The position numbers and the translations under genes were made by a program. DNA of 64,000 nucleotides, taken from NCBI GenBank assembly GCA_963729715.1, contig CAVSPA010000003.1:192001-256000 (forward strand), given 5' to 3'. The notes below the pieces were generated by a model that was given only the letters and a program-made list of their open reading frames with translations, did no database searches and had not been told where the DNA came from. This stretch comes from an uncultured delta proteobacterium. GTDB lineage: Bacteria; Desulfobacterota; Syntrophia; Syntrophales; UBA2185. Below are positions 19,740 to 29,616 of this stretch, one piece after another (the first letter of the stretch is position 1; the number at the start of each line of letters is the position of its first letter).

Positions 19740-21536
19740 TCATTCAGTGCCGGACTTCAGGACGGCGAGAAAGGCGCTCTGTGGGATGCTGACCGAGCCG
19801 ATCATCTTCATGCGTTTCTTCCCCTTCCTCTGTTTTTCGAGAAGCTTTCGCTTCCGGGTAATGTCTCCGCCGTAGCATTTCGCAGTTACGTCTTTGCGGA
19901 AAGCCGAGATCGTCGTTCGGGCGACAATCTCCCCGCCGATTGCTCCCTGAATTGCGATTTTGAACATTTGCCGGGGTATTTCATCCTTGAGGCGTTCGCA
20001 GGCTAGAAGCCCCCTGGCACGTGCGCGATCCCGGTGCACGATCTGCGACAGGGCATCCACTTTTTCCCCGTTAACCAGGATATCCAGGAGGACAAGGCTT
20101 CCTTCCCGGTAATCGATCACGTCATAGTCAAAAGAGCCGTAGCCTTGGGTGACGGACTTGAAACGGTCATAATAATCATAGATAACCTCGGCGAGGGGTA
20201 TTTCATAGATGAGTTCCGCCCGCCCGGGACCAGTGTAGTTGATAGTTGAATTCACCCCCCGTTTTTCCATGCAAAGCTTCATTACCGCGCCGAGGTATTT
20301 CTCCGGCATCATCATAGTGGCGCGGATATACGGTTCTTCGGATTTCATAATGGCAGATGGATCGGGATAATGCGCAGGGTTGTCCACGTCTATCACCGTC
20401 CCATCTTTCAAGGTAGACCGGTAACGGACACTGGGAACGGACAAAATGATGGAAAGATCATATTCCCTCTCCAAGCGTTCCTGAACGATCTCCAGGTGGA
20501 GAAGGCCGAGAAAGCCGCATCTGAATCCCTGGCCGAGGGCCACAGATGAATCTTTTTGATAGATGAACGATGCATCATTGAGTTTGTATTTTTCAAGGGA
20601 GACAGCTAGCTCCTCATAGTCATCAGAGGCAATCGGGTAAATGGAGGCAAAGACGACAGGTTTGATCTCCTTGAAACCGGGAAGCGGTTTTTCGCAGGGC
20701 CGGTTATGGAGTGTGATTGTGTCACCGGTACGGACATCCGAAACCGTCTTCACGCCGGCTATGATATAACCTACCTCGCCGGCGCTGAGATTATCGCGCT
20801 CTTGGCGGGTGAGGAGAAAATGACCGACTTCTTCAACCTTGTAAGTTGCGTTATTGAACATGAAACGTACGATGTTTCCCCTTTTCACTGCGCCGTCAAA
20901 AACGCGGCAGTGAATGACCGTGCCGCGGAAAGGGTCGTACTGGGCATCAAAAATGAGGGCGGCAAGGGGCGCTTGCAGGTCGCCCTTCGGGGGTGGAATC
21001 CTCTCCACGATGGCTTCCAAAATCTCTTCGATACCCGTACCTTCTTTTGCGGAGCACGTTAGATGGGTGTCAGGGTCCAATCCCAGCTCCGAGTCGATCT
21101 GTTCGATGACCTTTTCAACATTCGCGGAAGGCAGGTCAATCTTGTTGATGATGGGAATGACTTCCAGACCGAGCTCCATGGCAAGATAGAGATTTGCTAT
21201 AGTCTGGGCCTGCACGCCCTGCGCGGCATCGATCAGGAGAAGGACACCTTCGCATGAGACCAAGGCGCGGGAGACTTCATAGGAGAAGTCGACGTGGCCC
21301 GGTGTGTCGATCAGATTGAGGCTGTATGCCTTGCCGTCTCTGGCCCGATACGGGAGGGAAATCGCCTGGCTCTTGATCGTAATTCCCCGCTCACGTTCAA
21401 TATCCATATTATCCAGTATCTGGTTTTTGAAGGTTCGCTCGTTGCTCACACCGGTATACTGGATAAGCCGATCGGCAAGGGTCGACTTTCCGTGGTCAAT
21501 GTGGGCGATAATGCTGAAGTTGCGGATATTTTCCAT
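19740..21536 (-). CDS. lepA: Elongation factor 4 (LepA)
   Basis: IRNFSIIAHIDHGKSTLADRL, RERGITIK, GFLGLLH, KCYGGDITRKRKLL. Confidence 0.99.
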   Translation of the reverse strand: MENIRNFSIIAHIDHGKSTLADRLIQYTGVSNERTFKNQILDNMDIERERGITIKSQAISLPYRARDGKAYSLNLIDTPGHVDFSYEVSRALVSCEGVLLLIDAAQGVQAQTIANLYLAMELGLEVIPIINKIDLPSANVEKVIEQIDSELGLDPDTHLTCSAKEGTGIEEILEAIVERIPPPKGDLQAPLAALIFDAQYDPFRGTVIHCRVFDGAVKRGNIVRFMFNNATYKVEEVGHFLLTRQERDNLSAGEVGYIIAGVKTVSDVRTGDTITLHNRPCEKPLPGFKEIKPVVFASIYPIASDDYEELAVSLEKYKLNDASFIYQKDSSVALGQGFRCGFLGLLHLEIVQERLEREYDLSIILSVPSVRYRSTLKDGTVIDVDNPAHYPDPSAIMKSEEPYIRATMMMPEKYLGAVMKLCMEKRGVNSTINYTGPGRAELIYEIPLAEVIYDYYDRFKSVTQGYGSFDYDVIDYREGSLVLLDILVNGEKVDALSQIVHRDRARARGLLACERLKDEIPRQMFKIAIQGAIGGEIVARTTISAFRKDVTAKCYGGDITRKRKLLEKQRKGKKRMKMIGSVSIPQSAFLAVLKSGTE

Positions 21537-21579
21537 ATTCTATATTTAATAGCCGGCCCTTTTACGAAGCGTCACAGTT

Positions 21580-21617
21580 AAAAAAGCCTTCCGGCATTAC
21601 TGTCTCAGGAAGGCTTT
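21580..21617 (-). terminator. Intrinsic terminator in the lepA 5' leader
   Basis: AAAGCCTTCC/GGAAGGCTTT stem ending in a T6 run on the minus strand, about 45 nt before the lepA ATG. Confidence 0.7.
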
Positions 21618-21684
21618 CTTTCGTATTTTGTCTGCTGTAAATTATGATAATATTTTCTGACAGAACTTCCTTTTCGATGTGAGA

Positions 21685-21713
21685 AGTATAGGAGAAGCAG
21701 TCTCGTATGTCAA
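21685..21713 (-). promoter_or_regulatory. Sigma70-type promoter upstream of the lepA leader
   Basis: Minus strand TTGACA-17 bp-TATACT. Confidence 0.7.
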
Positions 21714-21747
21714 TATGATTTTAGGCAGATGGTTTAAGATTTTGTAG

Positions 21748-22491
21748 TCAGGATTTTAACTTGAGCATAGCCGTATAGAATTTCATCCCGATCTCGATGC
21801 CGAGGTCAATAAAATCGGGGCCATATATTCTACCCGTTTGGGTGCGGAAAGTTTCCCGGATGCGCTTTATCCCTTCCATGCCTTTCAGGAACCGCGCGAG
21901 AAGGGCATCCAGTGAGGTCTTTCTGTATTCCAGCATGTCCCAAAGCATCTCCGTAAAATTGTCCGGCCCCCAACGGAATTTATCGGCGTCGTAGAGGGCA
22001 TCGGAAAGAAACTGGGCGAGAGGGTCTGCGAGGGTCTCCGCCATGCGAAAAGCCTCGTGATTCCTGATGGCGCCGGTGATGGCCGCAACTTCTGTCTCTG
22101 CGAGGTCGAAGCGGGTAAGAAGCAGTACCGCTTCCCCGGCGCTCGCTCGGGCGTGATCCTTCTCCAGCCGCCTGATGTCATGAAGTACACCTGCCACATG
22201 GGCGAGAAGAACTATCCGCCGGACTTCGGACCTCTTTCGGAAAGGGGCAGACTCTACCAGGGAAATAGCGCCGGCATCGATGGCTACCTTCCTGCTGTGG
22301 CCGATCCCATGGCCGATTCCGCCTTCCCGTTCGCTCACAAGATTGAGGCACTCCCTGACAAGAGGAGAAAACCTAAACAGCCGTCGCGAAGCCTCGACCT
22401 GTCTTTTCTTTTCCGTGTAAAACGCAGGAGACCCTGTGGAGCGGGCAATCCGTCTGGCGAGTCTCTTCGCTTCCTCAAGCTCCCTGTCCAA
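21748..22491 (-). CDS. HD-domain protein
   Basis: GHGIGH, AGVLHDI, IRNHE, LYDADK motifs. Confidence 0.8.
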   Translation of the reverse strand: MDRELEEAKRLARRIARSTGSPAFYTEKKRQVEASRRLFRFSPLVRECLNLVSEREGGIGHGIGHSRKVAIDAGAISLVESAPFRKRSEVRRIVLLAHVAGVLHDIRRLEKDHARASAGEAVLLLTRFDLAETEVAAITGAIRNHEAFRMAETLADPLAQFLSDALYDADKFRWGPDNFTEMLWDMLEYRKTSLDALLARFLKGMEGIKRIRETFRTQTGRIYGPDFIDLGIEIGMKFYTAMLKLKS

Positions 22492-22574
22492 ACTTCACCT
22501 TTTGATAGATAACGAATCCACCTTTTTAGGCTTGGTATTTCCTTCGGGACCGACGCATCCGATTTGCAGCGGCG

Positions 22575-22778
22575 TCAACTGCCATGGGCCGGCTGCCAGT
22601 ATTCGCAATCCCGCGAGTTCTCGTTTATCAAGTGATAGACGAAGCGGGCAAAGCGTAAACATTTCTCTTTCTCCATGGCGCCTTCCCCGCAGGCGAGGTA
22701 CAGACATGTTGCGCAGTTGCGGCTGTCCTGATGTTCATTGAGACCTGTCATCTGTTTTAGACTTGATACCATTATCAC
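22575..22778 (-). CDS. Small Cys-rich hypothetical protein
   Basis: 67 aa; CATC..C..C..CEYW; ATGA overlap with the VWA gene. Confidence 0.55.
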   Translation of the reverse strand: MIMVSSLKQMTGLNEHQDSRNCATCLYLACGEGAMEKEKCLRFARFVYHLINENSRDCEYWQPAHGS

Positions 22779-24124
22779 CGGTTATGTACGCGGAGGAGAT
22801 ATTCCACGACTCTCTCCAGATGGCGGAGCGTGCTGCATTCCCGCGCGATGCTGCAGTAGGGGAGATATTTTTTCATCTCCGAATCACCCGATCCCCAGAG
22901 GGAAGGCGTCTCGGGATTGAGCCATATTAACCTCTTGCACCTTTCGGAAATCATCCGCAGCACTTCGGTGTGCGGTTCCGCATAGTTGTTGCGGGCGTCC
23001 CCGAGGATGATCACCGTTGCTTTCTTTGTCAGGCAATCCGAATATTGATCCCTAAAATCAATAAGAGAGCCTCCGTAATCGGTGCGGCCGAGGAGAATCG
23101 GAATACCGGCCCCCGAGCGAAGCACCGCGAGAGCCTCGTGAAGCGGGTGCATTTCAAACAGAGGGCTTACGTCCACAAGGTTTGTACAGAATACGAAGGA
23201 ACGGATGCGGGAGATAACCTCATTCAAGCTGTACAGGATGAGAAGAAAAAAACGCACTACGTTCGAGACAGAACGGCTCACGTCACAGATGACAACGATT
23301 TCCGGGCGATCGATCTTCTTCGATTTCCAATGGGTGTCAAATGGAAGTCCTCCGTAGCTGATGCTCTTTCGGAAAGTCTTCCGGAAGTCCAGGTGCCCTC
23401 TCCGGGCAGTCCTTGGTCTCCGGGAATAGCGGTCCTTCAGGTGCTTTACCATCCTCTGTATAATCTTATGGATGCGGGCTAGATCCCGCTCATCGAGCGC
23501 AGAGAGCCTTGCATTTCTGATGTAGCTCTCGGAGAGCTCATACGATCGCCGCGCGGCGTAGAGTTCGAGTTGTCTTTCAACCAGATTTCTCACCCTTTCC
23601 ATGAGATTGTCACGCATGGATTCCAGGGTCTCCGCCTGATGGAGGGCGTCCTGACCGCCGATTTCGGCAAGCATTCGGATGTCCCTGTTTAGACCCTCCA
23701 GGCCGAGCTCCTGAAAAAGCCTCTGCATGAAAAGGCCCTTCTGCGTCCATGATTGAATGCTGCGGATATCTGCCTTCTCTCCGGCAGCCCTGAGCGCCAT
23801 GGCAAGCCCGCCTACATCGCCTGACATGAATATCTGCGTCAGGGGCGCTTCCCCCTGGAGGGTCGGGGGGAGGCTTTCATTCTTCAGGAGGAAATCTTCT
23901 CCTATAATGTAATCGAGGGCAAAAAAGCGGCTGAAACAGACATCAAATATCTCTTTCTCCGGCATGGACTTGGCGAGTGAGGCAGACAGAAAATCTTTCA
24001 ACAGCCGCCTGTCCCCATAGCCTGACAGTTCCACGGCGCGCAGGGCATCCATCGTTTCCGCGACGGATATCCTCACGCCGGAGCGGCGCAGGGCAGTGAT
24101 AAAGTTCTCCAGAGTGCGATCCAA
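22775..24124 (-). CDS. CoxE-like VWA domain protein
   Basis: ICDVSRSV MIDAS, TDYG, IILGDARNN, IWLNPE. Confidence 0.9.
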   Translation of the reverse strand: MDRTLENFITALRRSGVRISVAETMDALRAVELSGYGDRRLLKDFLSASLAKSMPEKEIFDVCFSRFFALDYIIGEDFLLKNESLPPTLQGEAPLTQIFMSGDVGGLAMALRAAGEKADIRSIQSWTQKGLFMQRLFQELGLEGLNRDIRMLAEIGGQDALHQAETLESMRDNLMERVRNLVERQLELYAARRSYELSESYIRNARLSALDERDLARIHKIIQRMVKHLKDRYSRRPRTARRGHLDFRKTFRKSISYGGLPFDTHWKSKKIDRPEIVVICDVSRSVSNVVRFFLLILYSLNEVISRIRSFVFCTNLVDVSPLFEMHPLHEALAVLRSGAGIPILLGRTDYGGSLIDFRDQYSDCLTKKATVIILGDARNNYAEPHTEVLRMISERCKRLIWLNPETPSLWGSGDSEMKKYLPYCSIARECSTLRHLERVVEYLLRVHNR

Positions 24125-25069
24125 TCAGTTTGCCTCCCGGAGGGCCTGCTCCGTTAACGCGTACAGTTTTTCTTCGGTGACCCGGATGTCTTCCTGGGCT
24201 TTGAGAAATGTGTTCAATGTGTCCCTGACCATATCCTTATCCAGGGTTTCGGCATGGAGTATGACAAGCGTCTTCGCCCAGTCGATGGTTTCACTTACGG
24301 ACGGCAGTTTTTTAATATCAAGTTTTCTGACCTGGTGTATGAAGGATACCAGTTGCCTGGTCAGCCTCTCCGATATGCCCGGGACGCGGGTCATGACAAT
24401 TTCCCTTTCGAGTGCCTGCTCGGGAAACGAGATGTACAGATGGAGGCAGCGCCTTCTTAAGGCCTCTCCGAGTTCCCTTGTGCTATTACTGGTGAGAAAA
24501 ACGAAAGGCTTCGACGTGGCCTCTATGGTACCTATCTCGGGGATGGAGACCTGGAAGTCAGAGAGAATTTCCAGAAGAAAGGCCTCGAACTCGTCATCAG
24601 ACTTGTCCACCTCATCGACGAGGAGGACTGCCCCGTCCTTCTCCTGGAGGGCCTTGAGCAACGGCCTCGGTTCGAGGAACTGTGGCGAGAAAAAGATGTC
24701 ATCGTATTGGTGAAGTTTCTCGATGGATTCGGCGAGCCCCGTCTCTCCCTCGATGACGCGGTCGAGCTTGTCTTTCAAAAGCTGGGTATAGAGAAGCTGC
24801 TTTCCGTATTTCCATTCATAGAGGGCCTTCGATTCGTCGAGCCCCTCATAGCATTGAAGCCGGATAAGGGGAACTTCCATGAATACAGCGGCCGCTTTGG
24901 CGAGTTCCGTCTTTCCCACACCTGCGGGCCCTTCCACGAGGACAGGCTTCCCCAGGTGGTAAGCCAGATATACCGTGTGGGCGATCTGCGTCGTAGCAAT
25001 GTAGCCCACGTCCTTAAGGCCCCTGCGAACCACCTGCACGGTGGTAAATTTAGTGTCTAATGCGCTCAT
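24125..25069 (-). CDS. MoxR/CoxD family AAA+ ATPase
   Basis: EGPAGVGKT, RLQCYEGLDE, LLVDEVDK, ALRRRC. Confidence 0.92.
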   Translation of the reverse strand: MSALDTKFTTVQVVRRGLKDVGYIATTQIAHTVYLAYHLGKPVLVEGPAGVGKTELAKAAAVFMEVPLIRLQCYEGLDESKALYEWKYGKQLLYTQLLKDKLDRVIEGETGLAESIEKLHQYDDIFFSPQFLEPRPLLKALQEKDGAVLLVDEVDKSDDEFEAFLLEILSDFQVSIPEIGTIEATSKPFVFLTSNSTRELGEALRRRCLHLYISFPEQALEREIVMTRVPGISERLTRQLVSFIHQVRKLDIKKLPSVSETIDWAKTLVILHAETLDKDMVRDTLNTFLKAQEDIRVTEEKLYALTEQALREAN

Positions 25070-25081
25070 TTGACTCCTTCC

Positions 25082-26209
25082 TTACAATAATCTTTTCGCT
25101 ATTTTTTTCTGTCTTGACGGGTCTGCGCCTCGCAGCAATTCAAGTGTACGGCAGATATCCTTTGTCATGGTCGCCAGTTCTTCGTCCATGCCGATGCCGG
25201 ACCTCTCCATGACTTGCCTTGTGAGGGACTGGCAGTCCGCCGCCATGGTCCGAAAAGAAATGAGTAATGTCTCAGACTCGCGCTTACCGCCCCTTTCTTC
25301 CATCCGTTTCGCTGCTTCACGGGCCATCCAACGCAGCGTCTGCCGCCGTATCTCCATTTCACCAAGACCTCTCATTACTTCATCAGTCGGCGTGCCGCCC
25401 AGTTTACGGAGGTCCGCCAGCATTAGCTCCACCTGCCGGTGCATGCCCCCCAGGATGGGACCGTTCAAGAGTGCATCCTCCAATGTACGGCAAGGCCGCG
25501 CCATTTCTTCGAGAGCCGTTCCCTCCCTGCCAAGGATTGCAGAGATCGGCACGGAACAGTTTTCCAGTCTGATCATGCAATGGGGGGACGGCCTGAGGAA
25601 ATCCAGTTTCATCGTTTCCGTGACTGTCAAATTCGGGTTATCCCTCGAAACAAGAAAGGCCGTGAACTGTTTTTTCTCTGCGGCCGCACCGGTTACAGCA
25701 TAAACCACAAAGAAGTCAGCCAGGGGTCCGTTGGTCAGATAAGCCTTTTCGCCGTTTAAAATAAAATGATCCCCTTCCCGATGGGCCGTTGTGCCGAGAT
25801 GGCGGGGGTCTGCCCCTGATCGGGGTTCGGAAAAGGCGATGGAGGCCGTAATTAAGCCGTCTGCCATCTTCGGTAGATATTCCGCCCGCTGAGGCGGAGT
25901 CCCGAATTTCCCGATCATGAAACCTGAAGCCAGCAGATGGATAATCCAGGACAGGGCCAGCCCCATGTTATGTCCATGATTGACTAAAGCCTCGCCGACA
26001 AGGACGAGCGCGTCATAAGAAATTCCTGTCCCCCCGCATTTCGTGGTGATCCTGAGGCGGAAGAGGCCTTCGTGGGCCATCTTTCGCCATACATTGAGCG
26101 GGAAATCATCGCTGACATTCATATCAGGCCTGGTCGCAATTTCCTTCCCGGCAAATACGGCCACCTTCTCCAGCAGCGAGGGGATATCTTTTTTATTGAC
26201 TGCGTGCAT
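25082..26209 (-). CDS. Acyl-CoA dehydrogenase family protein, divergent C-terminus
   Basis: FGT..Q...YLP, AFSEP.SGAD and LNGEKAYLTNG motifs; C-terminal GG.G and EGT motifs not seen. Confidence 0.8.
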   Translation of the reverse strand: MHAVNKKDIPSLLEKVAVFAGKEIATRPDMNVSDDFPLNVWRKMAHEGLFRLRITTKCGGTGISYDALVLVGEALVNHGHNMGLALSWIIHLLASGFMIGKFGTPPQRAEYLPKMADGLITASIAFSEPRSGADPRHLGTTAHREGDHFILNGEKAYLTNGPLADFFVVYAVTGAAAEKKQFTAFLVSRDNPNLTVTETMKLDFLRPSPHCMIRLENCSVPISAILGREGTALEEMARPCRTLEDALLNGPILGGMHRQVELMLADLRKLGGTPTDEVMRGLGEMEIRRQTLRWMAREAAKRMEERGGKRESETLLISFRTMAADCQSLTRQVMERSGIGMDEELATMTKDICRTLELLRGADPSRQKKIAKRLL

Positions 26210-26219
26210 CTTTCAACTC

Positions 26220-26663
26220 TCAGGTCGGACCGGAATCGAATTTATGAAAGAAACTTCTCAGAATCCTGTTGAAGGATTCGAGTTCTTCCGCTGAAAACCC
26301 ATTTTTTATTTCCTGGTTAACCATTCGGATAACCCTTTTTGCCTTGTCCACTTCTTCCAACCCTTGCGGATTGATAAAGACGTGCGATGCCCTGCGATCA
26401 TGAGCGCTAGCATCTCTCCGGACCAATCCCGTTTTTTCAAGCCGGTCCACCAAGCCGGTGATAGTCGAATTGTCAATCGAAAGGATCTGGCTCAGCTCAC
26501 TCATGATACGGCCGTCCTTCTGCTTCAGGAGAAACAGGATACCGGCCTGTGCCGCTGTCGCTCTGACATTCTCTTTGGTCATCTTCTTTTTCAGGTAAGT
26601 GCGGAGTTTCTGCTGGGCTGTAAATAGCAGATATATGAGTCTATCCTCAGGGGGCATCTCCAT
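26220..26663 (-). CDS. MarR family transcriptional regulator
   Basis: MSELSQIL.IDNSTITGLVDRLEK.GLV.R...DRR. Confidence 0.9.
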   Translation of the reverse strand: MEMPPEDRLIYLLFTAQQKLRTYLKKKMTKENVRATAAQAGILFLLKQKDGRIMSELSQILSIDNSTITGLVDRLEKTGLVRRDASAHDRRASHVFINPQGLEEVDKAKRVIRMVNQEIKNGFSAEELESFNRILRSFFHKFDSGPT

Positions 26664-26896
26664 AACCTCAACGGAATACATCCATCTGGTTATTTGTTTG
26701 GCACACCAAGTAATAAATGTCAACCAAAAATATTTATGAGACACATGGCGGAAAGGTAAAATGTGGGACTATGGTGATAGTTCAACCGGTGATTGTTACA
26801 AAAATATGCAACTGCTTCCATTCCGGATGCAGTCTGAAGTCTATTAGAAAAATGCGCGAACTTGCGCCTGCCACTCATAACGGAGGATACAAGAAA

Positions 26897-27274
26897 TTAT
26901 TCTTCCACGGTGATGGTCCCCGTCATTCCTTCATGACCGAGTCCGCAAAAGTTGTCGCAATGGAAAGGAAAAGAACCGGCCTTGTTGGGAGTGAAACGCA
27001 ATTGGTTTATCTTTCCGGGAACGATATCGGCGCGTATTGCCAGTTCCGGACAATTGAATCCATGCAGTCTATCCAGTGAAGTGAACTCCAGCACCACCGG
27101 AACGTCCTTCTTCATCTTTATGTCCTTAGGTGAATACTCAAACTTCTTCGCCGTTATCCGTATTACCGTTTCTTTTTCGTCAGCCATTATGTAGCCGCCC
27201 ATGAAGTGGGCAATGACGACGAACAGGAAAATCGAAAGAATGAGAATGGGGATGACATATTTTGCAGATCTCAT
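26897..27274 (-). CDS. Cupredoxin domain protein (CuA / COX2-like)
   Basis: N-terminal TM/signal; DRLHGF and FHCDNFCGLGHEGM copper ligands. Confidence 0.85.
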   Translation of the reverse strand: MRSAKYVIPILILSIFLFVVIAHFMGGYIMADEKETVIRITAKKFEYSPKDIKMKKDVPVVLEFTSLDRLHGFNCPELAIRADIVPGKINQLRFTPNKAGSFPFHCDNFCGLGHEGMTGTITVEE

Positions 27275-28173
27275 GACCGTTCTCCTTTAACGCCGAATTC
27301 AGTGATATTATATTTGGCTTTTTTGACATCCGCATTTATGCCGCGGAATCCCAATCCCTTGTATGGCACTTTGTCATCCCAGGGAACCGGCTGTTTCTTG
27401 GGCACAGAACCCGGGGCCGGCAGGGGGTACATCAGCCCTTTCGCTGCGTGATGGGCGATATGCCCTGTATTGTGATGGTGTTCCTGATGTATATGACCGT
27501 AAAAGACAGTCACATTCGCATAGGGCATGAGCATATCGAGAGCCTTGGATCCGTCCCGTGTATGCCAATCCCAATCCGGATAGAGATTAAACAGCGGGCG
27601 GTGGGTTAAAACTACGATCCCAGCGCTCTTGTCCACTTGCTTTAATGTCCCGCTCAGCCATTGCAGCTGCGCCTCCCCGATACTTGAGGTAGGGTCGGAG
27701 ACATTGTCCAACACTATGAAATGGACCCCTTTATGGTCGAAGGTATAATGGGTTATTTCAAAAAATTCTTTGAATGCCTTGCCTTCATCCAGACCGGCAC
27801 CGTGTTCTCCGGGCATAAATCTGACGTTCTTCACTTTCAGCTCGCTGACAATCTTCCTGAATTCGGATAGACGATTTCGTCTCTCTTTTTCATCTTCGGT
27901 CACATGGGTCAGGTCACCTGTGAACATGACAAAACCCGGTTTGCTCGTAAGACTGTTTACAGCTGCTACGGCTTTCTTGAGGGTACCCGCCGCATCCGGG
28001 TTTACCGCCGGACCGGCGAAGCCCCAATGTGTATCCGACAACTGAACGAAAAAGAAATCATCATTTCCCATTTTGGCCCCCTCGGCGACGTTCAGTAATT
28101 TTCCAGGACCGGCAACAAAAACGACGCTCCCGATTCCCGCCAGTTTCAGAAATTCCCTTCTATCGATCTTCAT
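27271..28173 (-). CDS. Tat-exported metallophosphoesterase
   Basis: DRREFLK twin-arginine signal; SDTH, TGDL, GEH, THRP, GHIH. Confidence 0.88.
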   Translation of the reverse strand: MKIDRREFLKLAGIGSVVFVAGPGKLLNVAEGAKMGNDDFFFVQLSDTHWGFAGPAVNPDAAGTLKKAVAAVNSLTSKPGFVMFTGDLTHVTEDEKERRNRLSEFRKIVSELKVKNVRFMPGEHGAGLDEGKAFKEFFEITHYTFDHKGVHFIVLDNVSDPTSSIGEAQLQWLSGTLKQVDKSAGIVVLTHRPLFNLYPDWDWHTRDGSKALDMLMPYANVTVFYGHIHQEHHHNTGHIAHHAAKGLMYPLPAPGSVPKKQPVPWDDKVPYKGLGFRGINADVKKAKYNITEFGVKGERS

Positions 28174-28501
28174 CGCTTCCTCCTCTGATTAGAGTGACCT
28201 CGGCTTCTTAACTAATAAGTTGACTGTGCCATATTTAATCAATTATGCGATATTGGGTGTCGATGTGCTATATGGAGATATCTGATTTTTGTCCTCAATA
28301 AGCCTCAGTGGCACTAAGGAAAGAGATGAGACAGGGAAGCCGCGGCAGGTCCGATAGTGAGGCTAACGGTCGGGCAGAATATAACATCATTATAGCCTGG
28401 ATTTAGCACGACTGACGGAGAAATATTTTAAGATCGTCTTAAACTGGAAGGTTATCGCAAGATAGAAATGCTGGGAACGAGATTTTTTTGCATGGAAATA
28501 T

Positions 28502-28702
28502 TTAGAACCGCCTGTAGGTATCTGCGGCCGTGAATAAGTGCACGACCTCTTCTTTTTGGGGATCCCACATTATTTTTATGTAATCGCGGCTGAGCACTTC
28601 ATTACCGTTAGGCAAGGTCATGAACAAAGTCCAACCCTGCTTCACTAAATCTTTTCTGCTTATTTTTTGTCCGATCTTCAATGTCACATTTTTCTTAGCC
28701 AT
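28502..28702 (-). CDS. Hypothetical protein
   Basis: 66-aa ORF with protein-like composition, filling an intergenic gap. Confidence 0.55.
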   Translation of the reverse strand: MAKKNVTLKIGQKISRKDLVKQGWTLFMTLPNGNEVLSRDYIKIMWDPQKEEVVHLFTAADTYRRF

Positions 28703-28796
28703 CGTTATCAGACCTTATAAATCTACCATATTTTCGATTTGAGGCACTCAATGACCCCCGCGTCGTTCGCACGAAGAAACGACGAATACAAGGGAA

Positions 28797-29417
28797 TCAG
28801 GCGTGTTTCAGGACGATTCCCTCCACAATGTTAGCGACATCCTCACAGACGTCGATGGCCTCTTCTATCCTCTCAAATATTTCCTTCCACTTGATCAGTT
28901 CGATGGGATCTTTTTCCTGCTCGAACAGGCGGGTCATCGTCATCCTCATGATAATATCGCCTTCGTTCTCCAGGGTGTTTATTTCCACGCAGGCGTCGAT
29001 GATCATCTTGGCGTTTTTCATATTCTTCATGGCTTGGACGATATATTTCACCTTCTTGATCGCCTCATTCAGTATCTTAGCCTGATCGATGATTTCCTTG
29101 GCAGGAACCTTAACCTTGTACAGAGACATTCTGGCCGCAGAGGCTTCAATCATGTCAAGGATACTGTCCATCTTATTGACCAGGGCATAGATGTCTTCAC
29201 GATCGATAGGGGTAAGAAAAGTCTTGTGCATCTTTTCATAGGTTCTGTGGGTGATGACGTCGGCTTCATGTTCCAATTCTTTCAGTTTTACGATCATCGG
29301 TTCTGAATATTCATAATGCTCAACCAGGTCGAGAAAGAGTTCCCCCCCCTCTTCGATTTTGGTTGCCAACTCATAAAAAAGATCAAAAAACTTTTCTTCT
29401 TTGGGGATCATTCTCAT
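28797..29417 (-). CDS. DUF47 / PhoU-like phosphate transport regulator
   Basis: LEHEAD, TFLTPIDREDI, LENEGD, EGIVLKHA. Confidence 0.92.
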   Translation of the reverse strand: MRMIPKEEKFFDLFYELATKIEEGGELFLDLVEHYEYSEPMIVKLKELEHEADVITHRTYEKMHKTFLTPIDREDIYALVNKMDSILDMIEASAARMSLYKVKVPAKEIIDQAKILNEAIKKVKYIVQAMKNMKNAKMIIDACVEINTLENEGDIIMRMTMTRLFEQEKDPIELIKWKEIFERIEEAIDVCEDVANIVEGIVLKHA

Positions 29418-29616
29418 TTTAAATACTCTCTATGACTTATTTATCAGGAATTAAGCTTGATTGGTACGGCCGTAATTATGATAACGGTCTCAATATCACA
29501 GACACTATTTTTTATCTATACCACATTTCATTTCGGAGTTCCGCAGTTTTTAACGCAATAAGACTTTGTCTGCTTAGGGCTATTGGGTTGTGGATGAAGC
29601 ATGACCGCAGCAATAA

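Noticed and set aside
28300..28366. AGCCTCA/TGAGGCT stem as an ncRNA
   Set aside because: Only a 7-bp closing stem, with no convincing internal structure or known motif.
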